Below are positions 25,625 through 38,802 of a stretch of 64,000 nucleotides of DNA, one piece after another. Made by a program: the position numbers and the translations under genes. The notes below the pieces were generated by a model. That model made no database searches, was not told where the DNA came from, and saw only the letters and a program-made list of their open reading frames with translations. The first letter of the stretch is position 1. Every line of letters begins with the position of its first letter. Origin of the DNA: Octopus sinensis (taxonomy: Eukaryota); the NCBI RefSeq assembly GCF_006345805.1, contig NC_043009.1, positions 558,001 to 622,000 on the forward strand, written 5' to 3'.

Positions 25625-27025
25625 TGGTTTCCTTTCATTGTAACTTTATTTCAGCTGCCTTATTACCGGGCATCCTCTGGAGGCCAAGAGTAGCAAGGGC
25701 ACTTTTGCTATGCATGCTGAAATTATCACCACATTTATTCCATTTTAGATGAAGAGTGTATTCCGTATTATATGGGCTGTACCCATCAAGGTTATCTTTT
25801 GTAGTTCACGGAGACTGGATTTACCAGGGAGTTGTTTAATAAATTTCTCAGCTCCCTTCTTTATCACTCCTAACGCACCAATTACTACTGATATTATCGT
25901 AGTATCAAGCTTCCACATTTTTGTGATGTCAATTTGCAGATCTTTATAGTGAGAAAGCTTTTCGTATTCCTTTCTTGAGACATTTTGATCTTGTGGGACA
26001 GACTTATCTATTAACAGACAAATTCCTATGTCGTAGTCCTTGATCACAATGTCTGGTCGATTGGAGTAAATTTTTCTGTCTGTTTGTGTTGGGAAGTTCC
26101 AAAGGATGGTAATGCCCCCGCCATTTACTACATCTTCTAAATGTGCCTATACCACTAATCATGGAATTTAATTTTGTAGTATTTACAAGCAATCTTGTGG
26201 ATGTACTGCCCTAGTTTGTCATGTATTATGAGGTGCTCCTTTTCAGCGAGAATTGGGCAGCCAGAAACAACATGATCGATTGTCTCTGTGAAATTTCCGC
26301 AAATTCTGCACGAGGGGTCAAATCCATCTTTAAGGACGTTCTGCTAGGCAAGATCTGATCTTGCACTGCAATAACAAAACCTTCTGTTTTCCCCTTTCAG
26401 ACCTGTCCTTTGTAGCCATTGGTGTGTCAGATTTTGATCAATATCTGGCTTGAACAGGCAGTTAGGGTATTTTCCATGCAGGAGTTTACCTTTCCAGTTG
26501 TCTTCGATATTATTCATGCAAGCCTTCCTTGCTTTTTGTTTGATGTTTTTTTGCATCAGTGATAGGTCTGTCACTATTTGGATCTCGTTGGTATTTCTGG
26601 TTGTTAATTTCTAAATTAGGAGAAGCGATGGTAGGTCTGTCAGTATTTAGGTCTCTTTGGTCATTCTTATTGTTAACTTGTAGGCCAAGACACATTTTAA
26701 ATTTCTGATTATGCTTCATGACTCAAGCTTGCTTGGAATTTTCATGATTCAGTTCAGTTCGTAAGAGAACATCACTAGTTGTATTAAGGTACATTTCAAG
26801 TCCTATTATTGCTGAGTTGGAGGATTGCTCGAGCTGCATCAGGCCTCTTACACCTATTTTGGTGGGGCGAGGGTGGGGGGGAGATAAATCTGTCTACATC
26901 TGATTTTGGCTTGTGCATTCGGTACCTTGTAAAGATTTACGAATCTTTCCATCCATATTCTGCATGTCAGTGCAACTCCACTTAATGATACCGAAGCTAT
27001 ATGTGGTTACTGGTATGGGCAAAGA
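25625..27025 (-). pseudogene. R4/Dong-type LINE 3' part (post-RT, CCHC, RLE, 3' UTR)
   Basis: WKGKLLHGKY, CRICGNFTETIDHVVSGCPILA, RPDIVIKD...CLLID.SVP.D.NV..KEYEKL..YKDL...WKL...VVIGALG. Confidence 0.9.
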
Positions 27026-27069
27026 ATTTTATTATTATATTATATTATTATTATTATAATTATTATTAT

Positions 27070-27119
<50 letters not shown>

Positions 27120-27120
<1 letters not shown>

Positions 27121-27315
27121 GCAGCGAGCTGGCAGAATCTTCTGCACGTCGGGTAAAATGCTTTTACCGGCATTTCGTTCGCCTTCACGTTCTGCGTTCA
27201 AATTCAGCCGAATTATCGAGGTCGATAAATTAAGTACCAGTTGAGTACTGAGGTCGATGTGATCGATTGTACTCGTCCCCAGAAATTACGGGCCTTGTGC
27301 CTATAATAGAAAGGA
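27120..27315 (+). mobile_element. SINE family B
   Basis: ggcagcgagctggcagaatc...gttcaaattc...ggccttgtgcc with (ATT)n tail. Confidence 0.8.
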
Positions 27316-27338
27316 TTATTATTATTATTATTATTATT

Positions 27339-27882
27339 GAGTGAGAGAGCAGTTCATGCCATCAAAGTGACACTGGGGTAAAATATACGAAGCCCAATAT
27401 AACCATCATGACTACCCGTCTGATAAAGGTACACCAGGCACATGCATCACAACCATATGTGCGCGACATGGTGATCTCATATCAAGATAAACAGCACATG
27501 ACCTTGCAGGTGGGGCCCAGTTAATTAGAATTTTCTTCAGGTGAGTAGCCCATCCCGCTCAAACGGTCCCTGAATAAGGGTTGTTTAAGGATGTTGAAAG
27601 AACCACCCATGTTTCCAGAGGTGAACTATTCAAACCCAAAGAATCCTCTCAACACATGGCTTTATGATGCTCCCCCACTACTTCTGCTCGTGATCAGAGA
27701 TGCACATATCGTCAGCCACTAAGGGACATGCTCAACTGGTTAAGGTCAAACAACTGACAAGCAAATCTGTGGTATTGAGCAGAATATTTGCTGTAGCCCA
27801 TCTTTTATACCAAGACAAAACAATGTACATGATAACACTTCCAATCAGTTAAGATCAGAAGCCATGAGAGCCATGCCTGGTA
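27339..27882. mobile_element. Unclassified ~545-bp non-coding element embedded in (ATT)n
   Basis: Complex, more GC-rich block sharply bounded by (ATT)n on both sides. No ORF and no TIR. Confidence 0.45.
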
Positions 27883-27888
27883 TTATTA

Positions 27889-27958
<70 letters not shown>

Positions 27959-27967
27959 TTATTAGTC

Positions 27968-28000
<33 letters not shown>

Positions 28001-28028
28001 GTTTATTATTATTATTATTATTATTATG

Positions 28029-28073
<45 letters not shown>

Positions 28074-28579
28074 TATTATTATTATTATTATCATATTGTC
28101 TTTGCACAGCTTCTAATGCTGAAGATGTACTACGGTAACACACCTTATTTTTCGAGCACCATCCAGAGTATTCGAACGGTTCCAAGCAGTGCCGTTTTCT
28201 GCAAATGTTCCACCTATATTGCAGCCCCTATTATTAGTAGTAGTAGATTTTTACTCACTGTTCCCAGGACTCCGACAATTATTGGTACTACTACCACCTT
28301 TTTCAGCGACCACAACTGTTTAACCTTCCAAGCTAACTTGTTATATTTTTCGACTTTTCTTTCTTCCTTATCGTATACCTTGTTGTCAGCTGGGCATGCT
28401 GTGTCTATGATCCAGCATGATTTGCTTTCTTTCTCAAATAACACAATATCTGGTTTCCTATTCTCTATCTCATGGTCGCACTGAATCATAAAATCCCATA
28501 GGATATTTGCATTATCATTTTAATTGATGCCTTCGGGTTTATGCTCGTATCACTTTTTTGCTCTGTCAAGTCCATACTT

Positions 28580-28654
28580 CAATTTTATATTTAAGAGATG
28601 AGAAATTATGTACATTATTCATATTATGTACATTTGACGGATTCCAGGCAGTGA

Positions 28655-28748
<94 letters not shown>

Positions 28749-28893
28749 TCGAAAAATACCTTAGGAATGAGAACCCAGGTTCGAAATTTCCCCCAAGACA
28801 CCTGATGAAGGCTGGAGGGTATATAAGCCGAAACGTTGTGTTAACAACAAACAAGATGAGTACAAATATCCTTCAAGTGTAAATAATGTAAAT
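28580..28893 (+). mobile_element. Small HHR-bearing insertion with 12-bp TSD, internal (AAT)n and inverted end piece
   Basis: TSD aagtccatactt at 28568-28579 and 28894-28905. ~28610-28643 resembles the reverse complement of the element's own 3' end. Confidence 0.8.
28797..28842 (+). ncRNA. Minimal type I hammerhead ribozyme
   Basis: gacac-CTGATGA-a-ggct...agcc-GAAA-cg-TT-gtgtt. Stem III is reduced to the palindrome ACGT. Confidence 0.8.
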
Positions 28894-29587
28894 AAGTCCA
28901 TACTTGTTGCAAAGTGTCTAATGGACAATCTTTGCTATATTGTCATGACGTCTCTTATGTTCTTTCTGGGTTAGCAGCGACTGATAATATGCCATACGGT
29001 TTCACCATTTTGCCCACAAGTTTTGTACTTCTCACTTTCTGATGTGTTGTCTATTCTGTATTTGATGTAATTGTTTCTTAATGCTTGCTCTTGAGCAGCA
29101 CAGATTAGAGCCTCCATTTCTGGTATTAAATCACTTTTAGTCATTCTCTGCCTGTCTTATCTTCAGGATCCCTATGAAATTGTCCATGCATTCTTTTCTT
29201 ATCAGCACTGAAAGTATACACCGTATCAACGAGGGAACTGACTTGGGATTCATCTTTGAATAACAAGTAGTTGACTTTTTGTTGGCGGCTCTTTGCTTTC
29301 CTCAGAATCAGTCTTAGTTGTATCACGAATAGCATAAAGATCAGTGGGGACAGGTAGTCTTCTTGGAAGAAGTCTATCCTGATTTCTATTGTCCTTAAAC
29401 TTCTTCCTTATGCTGTCAATTCCATCTGCCACTTCGCCATACTTTTTCCAAGCAATCGTTCAACATTCGATGCAATACCAAATAAGTTCATACATTCCAT
29501 AATCCAAGAATGTGGGATCATATCGTACGCCTTACGATAAACTACCCATGACATGGTTAAGTTAGTTTTCCTCCTCTTGAAGTCTAC

Positions 29588-29658
<71 letters not shown>

Positions 29659-29669
29659 ATGAAATAATA

Positions 29670-29717
<48 letters not shown>

Positions 29718-29960
29718 TAATAAAACCAGTTTCAGCTTTAATCGAACCAAACCTATCATCAACCACATTCCATCTAGCCATTTTTCCAGGAATAATATAC
29801 CACCTCCACCAGACTACGTCATACAATGTGACCTTTTCTTTATAAGACAAAAGGGTGTAGCTTCACCCAGACTCGGAAAGGGTAGATTTTCTTTTTGCAT
29901 ACACAAGACCTAAACTATTAAACTCATCTTACCACCCCCATATTAATACCACACACACAC

Positions 29961-30019
<59 letters not shown>

Positions 30020-30486
30020 TACAAACACTCATACATACACGCACACAGAAACGACGAAAAAAACGTAATCTCAAAATCAAAGTCGCGAAAGATTGTTGGT
30101 TAAACTGAAGCAACTTCGTAGCTATTTTCAACCTGTTTCCACAATGCTAAAACCATTTCTTCAGTCTTTTTTCTTTACTATCCATTTCTTTAACAAAAGT
30201 CAGCTGTTCTTGTCATTCCGTATCTCTTTTTTGTGTATGGAGTGGGGATTGAAATACGCTGAGGGAAGCTTCTTTTCTTCAAAACTTGATTTCCTCTTCC
30301 CAACATTTTCCTGTTTTCCCATTTTGGATTCTACACGTTTTGTAAATAGTTCTTCATTTGAGGAGTGGTTTTTTTCTTTTTCGATACTCATTGACTCTCT
30401 TCTTCCTTCATCTCTTTCACAGTATAACCGGTACACACCGATTGGGAATGGGGCGCATGCTTGTTTTCTCATCCTTTCTAACATAG

Positions 30487-30528
<42 letters not shown>

Positions 30529-30965
30529 TTCTCACCTTGAACTTTCAACCTTGAACTTGTTCGCATAAACTGTCCCGTTTGTTGTATTTTTATTTTCTCA
30601 TATATTACCACTTTTTTTACATTCATTTCATGCTTTCACATTTTCCTGCATTTTTGTTCTCCTTTCCGTCTTTCTTCCCTCTCTGGATGTCCATACTCTG
30701 TTTCCTCTACCTGCACCCCCCTTTTTTTTCCTCCCCCTCTCTCTGCTTCCCTTCTTTCTTTCCCTTTTCCGTTTGCCCCGTCTTTTCTGCCCCTATCGCT
30801 TACTTATCTAGTTTTTTCATACGATTATTATTTTTTTGTTTTTTTGAACGTTTGTTTTTTCCCCTTTTTTCGCTATCCTTTTTTTTCTATTTTTTCATAC
30901 GATAATTTTTTGTTTTTTGTTTTTTTTGTTTTTTCGAACGTTTGTTTTTTTTCCGCTATCCCATC

Positions 30966-33865
30966 ATGCCGGATCCTAGGTCCTACCTCCTCACCTTCCA
31001 TCACCGTTTGAAGGATCATCTCCGTTCTCTTCCTGTATATTGCCTTCAGCCGTCCGTTAATCTCTCTCTACTTCTTTTTAAAAAAACCCGCTTCTCTAGC
31101 CATGTCTCTTTCCTAAGCCGCTGCCTACATCACCAACTCATCCCTAAAGGTTTCCGCCTCCACTTCCACCCTGCTCTCCACTCGGATTCTTCCATCTTAC
31201 CCATACTCCGCACCACATCTTACCGCCTTATGCGGGCCACCATTCGCTCCAATCTCTCTAAACTACATGCTATCAACCGCCTTCTTCCTCCTGCTTTCTC
31301 CACCTTCTTCCCTCTCTCTGCCGCCTCTCTATGCTCCAAACACGCTATGCTTCATTATCCATTTGAATCAACTCTTCCATCAATTTCTTTCTGATACCAA
31401 ACTTCGTAAACTCCAATCACTCTTCCATTCCACCCTACCCGACGCCACTACCCCAACTCCTCCACCACCCTTCTCCCCTCTCGATAGGCTCCATCCACCC
31501 ACACCTAACCCCACTGCCCCTCCCTACAACCCCTTCTCCCCCCCTCCCGATAGGCTCCATCCACCTACACCTAACCCTACTGCCCCCGCCCGCTCAACCA
31601 CCACCCCCACACACCTCCCCAATCCCTCCCCCTCAGATCTCCACGAGACCTACCACCCCCTACCTACCTTTCTATTCCACCCCACCCCTTCTCCACTTCC
31701 GTCTGTTGTTACCATTCCCCCGATCTTCCCCTCTCTGCGGCTGAACGCTCCGTCCTTGGTAGGGGTCTGCGTTTCATCCCCCTCACTCCATCCTGTAAGG
31801 AATTCCAGACGCGAGTTGATGTCCACAGCTTTGTGCGCCGTGTCCGGTTGGGTGCGCATTACCACGACTCGCCACCCACACCCAACGAAGAGGACTGCTT
31901 CACTGGCCTGGGCCGCCGACCATCCCCGTGGACGCCTGCCCCTGGCCAGATCCTAGCAGTGGATCTTTTCGCGGGCGCTTGTCAGCGTGCATTGGAGCGG
32001 TTCAACTTCTCCAGGCGCCAACGCCGCCTCAACATCTCCCCGGCTGAGCTCTTGGCTCTTCGTTCCCTCCAACGGCGCGCTGACATTATCATCAAGCCGG
32101 CTGACAAGGGTGGAGCTGTAGTGGTGTGGCGCGCGGACCTCTATAGGGCCGAGGCTTTCCGCCAACTCAATGACACCTCCTTCTATTCCCCTCTGCCCTC
32201 TAACCCCACACGTAGCTACCAACAGACGGTATCCTCTACTGTCCGCGACCTCATCTCCCCCGCACCGCATCCAACCTAATTGTGCGAACCCCACATACCC
32301 CACCATTTACTTCCTCCCCAAAATCCACAAACCCAACAACCCTGGCCGCCCCATCGTCTCCGCCTGTAACTGCCCCACGGAGCTCATCTCTAAATACCTC
32401 GACCGTGTCCTTGCCCCCCTAGTGGCATCTCTTCCCTCCCACATCCACGATACCAACCATGCTCTCCGGCTTTTCAACTCTTTCTCCTTTCCTCCCGGCT
32501 CCTCCAAAATCCTTTTTACTATGGACATCCAAAGCCTCTATACTGTATCCCTCACCACGAAGGACTGCAGGCCCTTCGACACTTTCTTGACCTCCGCTCT
32601 AACCCTGTACCTGACACCTCTACACTCATTCGTCTGGCCGAACTTGTCCTTACTCTGAACTGCTTCTCGTTCGCGGGCGAGTTCTACCATCAGTTTCTCG
32701 GAGTGGCCATGGGAACGCGAATGGGCCCCAACTATGCGAACCTGTTCGTTGGCTATGTTGAGGCCCAATATTCTCTAATTTCACTGGTCCCACTCCTGAA
32801 CTATATGGTCGTTACATTGACGACATTATCGGTGCCACCTCACTCTCCCGTGAACATCTAGATTCCTTCCTCTCTTTCGTCCAATCTTTCCATCCAGCCC
32901 TCCACTTCACTTCCACTATCTCCAACACCTCTGTCTCCTTCTTCGACATTTCGGTTAGCATTCTTCACTCCACTCTTACCACCTCCATTCACTACAAACA
33001 CACAGACTCACACTCATACCTCAACTTCTCTTCCTCCCACCCAGAACACACCAAGCTTTCCATCCCCTATTCCCAATTCCTCCGTCTACGTAGGCTCTGT
33101 AGTGACGACCATGACTTTGAGACTCAGTCTCAACGTATGGCTCACCACTTCACCCTACGTGGATACCCCCTCACCACTATCCACACCGCCCTTGCCAGAG
33201 CACGGTCCGTGGACCGTGTATCTGCTCTCTCTCCCCGAACCCGCCCTGTAGTCTCCCGCCTCCCTTTTCCCTCACTTACCACCCCCGACCCTACGTCTCC
33301 AACGCACCATTCTTCGAGCTTTCCGTCATCTCCAGTCCGACCCGTCCACTTCACACCTCTTCCCTAACCGACCCCCCCCCTCTTTCAAACGAGCCCACAA
33401 CCTTCGAGACCTTTTGGTCCATAGCTCCTTCCCTGACCTACCTCCCAACCCGGCTCGTTCCCCTGCTCCCGCCCACGTTGCCGCACTTGCCCTTACCTCT
33501 CCAACACCACCTCGCCTCACTAGCACCCACCATCGACCCTATCCCATCATCCACTCCTTCACCTGCACCTCCAGCAATATTATCTATTGCGTCTCTTGCT
33601 CTCTCTGCAATTCCTTGTACATCGGACAAACGGGACGCCGCTTGGCTGACCGGTTCGCGGAACACCTTCGTGACATCCACCTTGCGAACGACACACCGGT
33701 CTCACGCCATTTCCGCTCCACCGGTCACTCCCTTGCAACACCTATCTGTGTTCGGTTTGTCCTTACACAGAGGCCATCCGGATTCCCGTTTGCGCCGTGA
33801 ACAGGAATTAATCTTCTCTCTTCGCTCTTATACGCCATTTGGTCTCACTCTCCCCCCCTCCTCAT
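30966..33865 (+). pseudogene. PLE polyprotein (RT + GIY-YIG endonuclease), broken by frameshifts
   Basis: FLSRCLHHQLIPKGF; IIIKPADKGGAVVVW; YFLPKIHKPNNPGRPIVS; FTMDIQSLYT; GVAMGTRMGPNYANLFVG; RYIDDII; HYKHTDSHSYLNFSSSHP; NIIYCVSCSLCNSLYIGQTGRRLADRFAEH. Confidence 0.93.
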
Positions 33866-34564
33866 CTAACCCCCCCTCTCTCCCCCCCTCCTCACCTATC
33901 CTTCCCCCCCGACCCCTACTTCTTTCTTCATCCTTCATCCTTTCCCCTACTCCCCTTCCCTTCTTCCTCTTTCTCCCTCCCTCCTTCCTCTTCCCTCTGC
34001 TCCCCACTCCCTTCTCTCTTCCCCCCCCTCTTTCCTCCTTCCTCCCCCTCCTCCTCCCCTTCCTTCTCCCCCTCCTCTATCTTCCTCCCCTCCTCCTCTC
34101 CTCTTCCCTTCTCCTCCCCCTCTCCTCCCCCTCTTCTCTTCCCTCCCATTCTCCCCCTCTTCTCCCCCTCCCCCTCTTCTCCTCACTACACCACACGACT
34201 TTACACATCACATCATATATGATGTGCCATACTAATACATACACCAACCCTATACATACACACGTCCAGACCCTCATACGCCACTTATACTCTCTCATAC
34301 ACACACACACACACTTATACATACTAATACGTACTAATACATACTAATACCATACTAATACATACACCAACCCCATACATACGCCTGTCCAGACCTATCC
34401 TAGGGTCATTCACCCCTTTCAACCCTATTATCTCCCTTATTTCGCTCTCGCGTCTCATGTTTGATCTTTGACCTCTGGCCGAAATCAGATCGCCATGTTG
34501 ATTCGTTAGTTACTGCACGCATTTTTTTTCTCTCCTTCTTTCTGTGTTTTTTTTCTCTCTGTGA

Positions 34565-34602
34565 TCTTTCTGTTGAAGAGCGTAGGCTCGAAACGTTAAA
34601 GA
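34565..34602 (+). ncRNA. Minimal type I hammerhead ribozyme in the PLE 3' pseudo-LTR
   Basis: tcttt-CTGTTGA-a-gagc gtag gctc-GAAA-cg-TT-aaaga. The core is CUGUUGA rather than CUGANGA. Confidence 0.8.
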
Positions 34603-34938
34603 CTTGTTTTATTTATATTTCCTGAGCGCCATACTAATACAATTGTTTGTTTGTTTTCCACCTGCCTTCGTCTTTTGTCTATTTTCATAAAGCTTCCCGT
34701 TTTATATATATATATATATATACATAAATATATCTTTTGTCTTTGGTTTCAGTCATTTTTTACTGCGACCATGCTGGGGCACCACCTTCAAGGTTTTTAG
34801 TCGAACGAATCGACTCTATGACTTGCATTTCTTAAAGTATGATACTTATTCTGTCAGTTTCTTAGGCCGAACCGCTTAGTTATGAAGACGTACACACACC
34901 AACACCGGTTGTCAAGCGGTGGTTAGGTACAAACACAG

Positions 34939-34979
<41 letters not shown>

Positions 34980-35038
34980 ATATATATATATGTAGTATAT
35001 ATATATATATGTTTACATATATATGTATACATACATTA

Positions 35039-35073
<35 letters not shown>

Positions 35074-35197
35074 ATATATATATACAATTTGTATAACTAC
35101 ATGAATAATATTTTTCTATATGAATATATTTTTGTCTTATGACTAATTCGTCTTTTGTGCTGGGCACCTGGTAGTAAATAATATTACTACCCTTCTT

Positions 35198-35230
<33 letters not shown>

Positions 35231-35231
<1 letters not shown>

Positions 35232-36824
35232 TAATACAATGCCAGCATGGAACATAGACGTTAAGTGAAATGTTAAAAGAAAGTTTATATGTATATAAAG
35301 TAAATACATGTAATTCAAAAACACGCTTTGTCAACCTTATTTCGTAACCCCCCAAAAAAACAGATACAGATTATAAACAATGGAAGACCAATTTTGATGA
35401 TTCATTTGACAGAGGTAGTATAGAGCCAATCCAATGATAAATCTGACCTTGGATTTTGAAAGTTTGCATGAATCCTGGCTCAGTTAAATCTCTTGCGGCA
35501 CCAAATGATGTCATCTGTAGTGAAGTATTGTATTGTCTAATTTTGTTTTGGAAGTGCTTGGAATCTTGGTCAGTTGATGACAACAGTTTATTCAATGGCT
35601 CTAGAGGTTGGGGGATTGCAAGGTATTTAACCTTTCCACCACTGCAGCACAGTGCAGGTGTCTCTCCAGGCCGCTTCCTTGCTTTACAATATGTGCACTT
35701 AGTTGTCATTGCACCAATGCAAACTCTAGTGTCATCTGCAAAATGGAAAGCTGGATCATAATTGAAAGCTGCTTCATAGAGGTTGCTTTTCTGAGCTGTT
35801 GCAACTGCTCTTCGTTCTGCAGTGGAGATCCTATTCCTTGTCAACTGTGCATAACTCTGTTCGTCACTTTGAGATGCTCTGGCTTTTTCGTAGTGCACAG
35901 TCTGTTCGTTTCTTGGTATGCTTCCCTTTCTGCAGCTGACTCTCTTTCCCTGGACAGAGACATTCTTTTGGCTGATCTTGACATTCTAGACAAATTTGAT
36001 ACTTTCCTTCTAGGCATGGTTATATGCATATACAGAAATACACGGGTGCAGAAGATAGTAAACAGTGAAAATAACTGCGTAACGGAACTATATTTCTTAA
36101 TACGAAGGCAGAAAGGAAATAAGAAATTTTTACGGGAAATAAAGAATTGTACGGGTTGAAGCGAAATTTGTTATTTAGTGAACTAAAGAGCCAGTATCGA
36201 AGAAACCAGAAAAAAGCCGTTAACAACAGAAAAGCACAAAATCGTTGCAAGTGTAATTTTTAAGGGAATTAAAAAAGTGTATGGATTTAAGTTAAATTTT
36301 TGAATTTAATCTTGTCAGTAAATTATGTATGAAATTACTTTCATCAGTAATTGTGAACTTTTTTCTGTCAGTAAATTGTCGTTGTTGTTTGTAAATAGCA
36401 ATTGAACTTAGAGTGAAAACAATAGCGTCTGAAAAACTAAAGTGAAAACAATAGAGAGTGAGTGAGATATAGTGAGGGGGAGACGGAGTTAGCTAGTTAG
36501 ACCGGAAGTAAATATTTTTAAAAACTTTGAAAGACGTGAATCTAATATAAAAAGCAATATTTTTTATGACCAATGAATGTAAGGGAGACAATGAATTGCT
36601 GAAAGGTACTTCGCAAAGAATTATCCCCTTCTCCACGTAACCCAGGAACAGGTGTTTTCTCTCCCCAGGAGGACTGTTACTCATTATCTGAAAAATTTTA
36701 AGAGTCTAAAACCATCCCTGGAACATAAGTAATGTATGTTCCCACTCTGGAGAAAATCAGTTGCAAAATATGGCCGTTATGATCTTTTACACACACACAC
36801 ACAGAACGAGATTCCTATTATATA
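35231..36824 (-). mobile_element. Internally deleted Helitron carrying the N-terminal part of RepHel
   Basis: Contains the Rep ORF remnant. The 5' end atatataataggaatc...(gt)n...ataacggcc resembles Helitron 5' ends. Boundaries are approximate. Confidence 0.65.
35371..36020 (-). pseudogene. Helitron RepHel N-terminal (zinc-finger) fragment
   Basis: AAFNYDP...IGAMTTKCTYCKA...GETPALCCSGGKV...HFQNKIRQYNTSLQMTSFGA...FKIQGQIYHWIGSILP. Confidence 0.92.
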
Positions 36825-37454
36825 TCTATATATATAAAACTGTAGTTGTGTGAGTGTCTGTCCCCTTCGATTTAGATTCCTAACTACTCCCACATTTTGC
36901 GGTGCAGTTTAACCAAATTCGGGTATCTTATAGTCGTGATTCATATCGAGCCCGTCTGAGTATTAGCGCGCGTCTACGATGAGTCTACGATTTTAAAAAT
37001 AATTTAACATCATTTTTTATTCCATTTTAATGCACATTTTTTCGTGTGTCGATGGCGGCGGAGTTGGCGTCCATGGTCACACCTGCACCTGTGGGGAAGG
37101 GAGTGTAAGGAAATCAACGTCGTAAAGCATTGTCAAGGAGACCAGCGTTCTTTTAGAACAACGACTTCATGGCTTGAAGACACCAAAACAGAAATGGCTA
37201 AGAAAGCGTCTACGATGAGTCTACGATTTAAAAAAAAATTTACCATCATTTTTTCCATTTTAATGCATTTTTCGCAATTATATAAGGGAAGTAACTCTCT
37301 AAAAATGTCTACGATGAGTCAACGATTAAAAAAAAATGACCATCATTTTTTATTCCATTTTTAATGCATTTTTTTGCTAATTTTTTGCTATAACTAAAAA
37401 TGCTTATATAGTTATTTCCCTTACAAACCCGAGCAACGCCGGGCGATACTGCTA

Positions 37455-37455
<1 letters not shown>
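36825..37455 (+). mobile_element. Complete non-autonomous Helitron (631 bp)
   Basis: A|TC start, subterminal hairpin cccg-agcaacgc-cggg, CTAG|T end, and three internal ~60-bp direct repeats (gtctacgatgagtc...). Confidence 0.85.
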
Positions 37456-37489
<34 letters not shown>

Positions 37490-37601
37490 ACATATACACA
37501 CATACACACACACATATATATATGTGTATATAGATATATAGATATATATACATATATATATAAATACATACATACATATACATATATATATAAATACATA
37601 C

Positions 37602-37640
<39 letters not shown>

Positions 37641-37655
37641 ATTATTGTGTGTGTA

Positions 37656-37693
<38 letters not shown>

Positions 37694-38260
37694 CGACGGG
37701 CTTCTTTCAGTTTCCGTCTACCAAATCCACTAACAAGGGTTTGGTCGGCCCGGAATTGTAGTAAAAGGCACCTACCCAAGGTGCCACATAGTGGAACTGC
37801 ACCGGGGACCATGTGGTTGAGAAGCATGCTTCTTATTGCACAATCACGCTGTGCCTATATATACATACATATATATATTTATATACACATTCACGCGCAC
37901 ATATACAGACACACCACACCACACACACACACACACACATGCATATATGTCGTATATCCTTTACCCGTTTCAGTCATTAGTTCACAGTCGCGACCTTGAA
38001 GAATTTTAGCAGAACGGATGAACGTCAGTCCTTATTTGTTTTCATTTTCTTTAGCTTGGCATTTATTCTTGCATTCTCTTTTGCCTGACCGATAAATTAC
38101 GAAGGACGTAAACACACGAGCAACGAACGTCAAGTGGTAATGGTGTGGATTCACAGGGCTTTAGTCGACCCGAGGCTGTAGTAGAAGACACTTCCCCAAG
38201 TAGCCACGCAGTAAGACTGAACTTGGAACCATGTGGTTGGGAAGCAAACTTCTTACCACG
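37694..38260 (-). mobile_element. Two family A SINE pieces
   Basis: Reverse-complement similarity to family A at 37694-37855 and ~37960-38260. Confidence 0.75.
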
Positions 38261-38262
38261 CT

Positions 38263-38293
<31 letters not shown>

Positions 38294-38736
38294 TCTCACA
38301 CACACACACACACACTCACACACACACACTCACACACACACACACACTCACACACACACACAACACACACACACACGCACACACACACGCACACACACAC
38401 ACACACAACACAACACAGCACGATCCAGGACTATGACAGAAAATACTTGTTCACAAGCGCCGCGCTGAACACAACGGGACCCTGTTATTTACTCACGGAG
38501 TAGAAAAGTGGGGACAGAACGATAGGACGAAAAGGAGGTTCGCGGCTCTGTAAAGAAAATACAAATAATACTGTGTTGTTTTTTTGAAGTATAGTAGTGA
38601 AGATTATAAGAGTATTCTATTGGAAATAAATCTGTATAACAGACTGAACTAAAACTATTTTCTATAAGTCTATGTTACAACACCGTGGGAAATTTGATTG
38701 GCGGCTGTTGGTGCTACAACCTACAATTGCTTTGGG

Positions 38737-38802
<66 letters not shown>

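Larger units (their letters stand above)
28093..29585 (-). pseudogene. R4/Dong-type LINE fragments (RT pieces to RLE) within (AAT)n, interrupted at 28580-28893
   Basis: KAYDMIPHSWI, QKVNYLLFKD, MHGQF, IQCDHEIENRKPDIV...WIIDTACP.D..V..KE..KVEKY...VVPIIVGVLGTV. Confidence 0.88.
30524..34703 (+). mobile_element. Near-full-length Penelope-like retroelement
   Basis: One frameshifted polyprotein (N-term, RT, GIY-YIG), a C-rich 3' UTR, a terminal HHR and (TA)n on both flanks. The 5' boundary is approximate. Confidence 0.92.
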
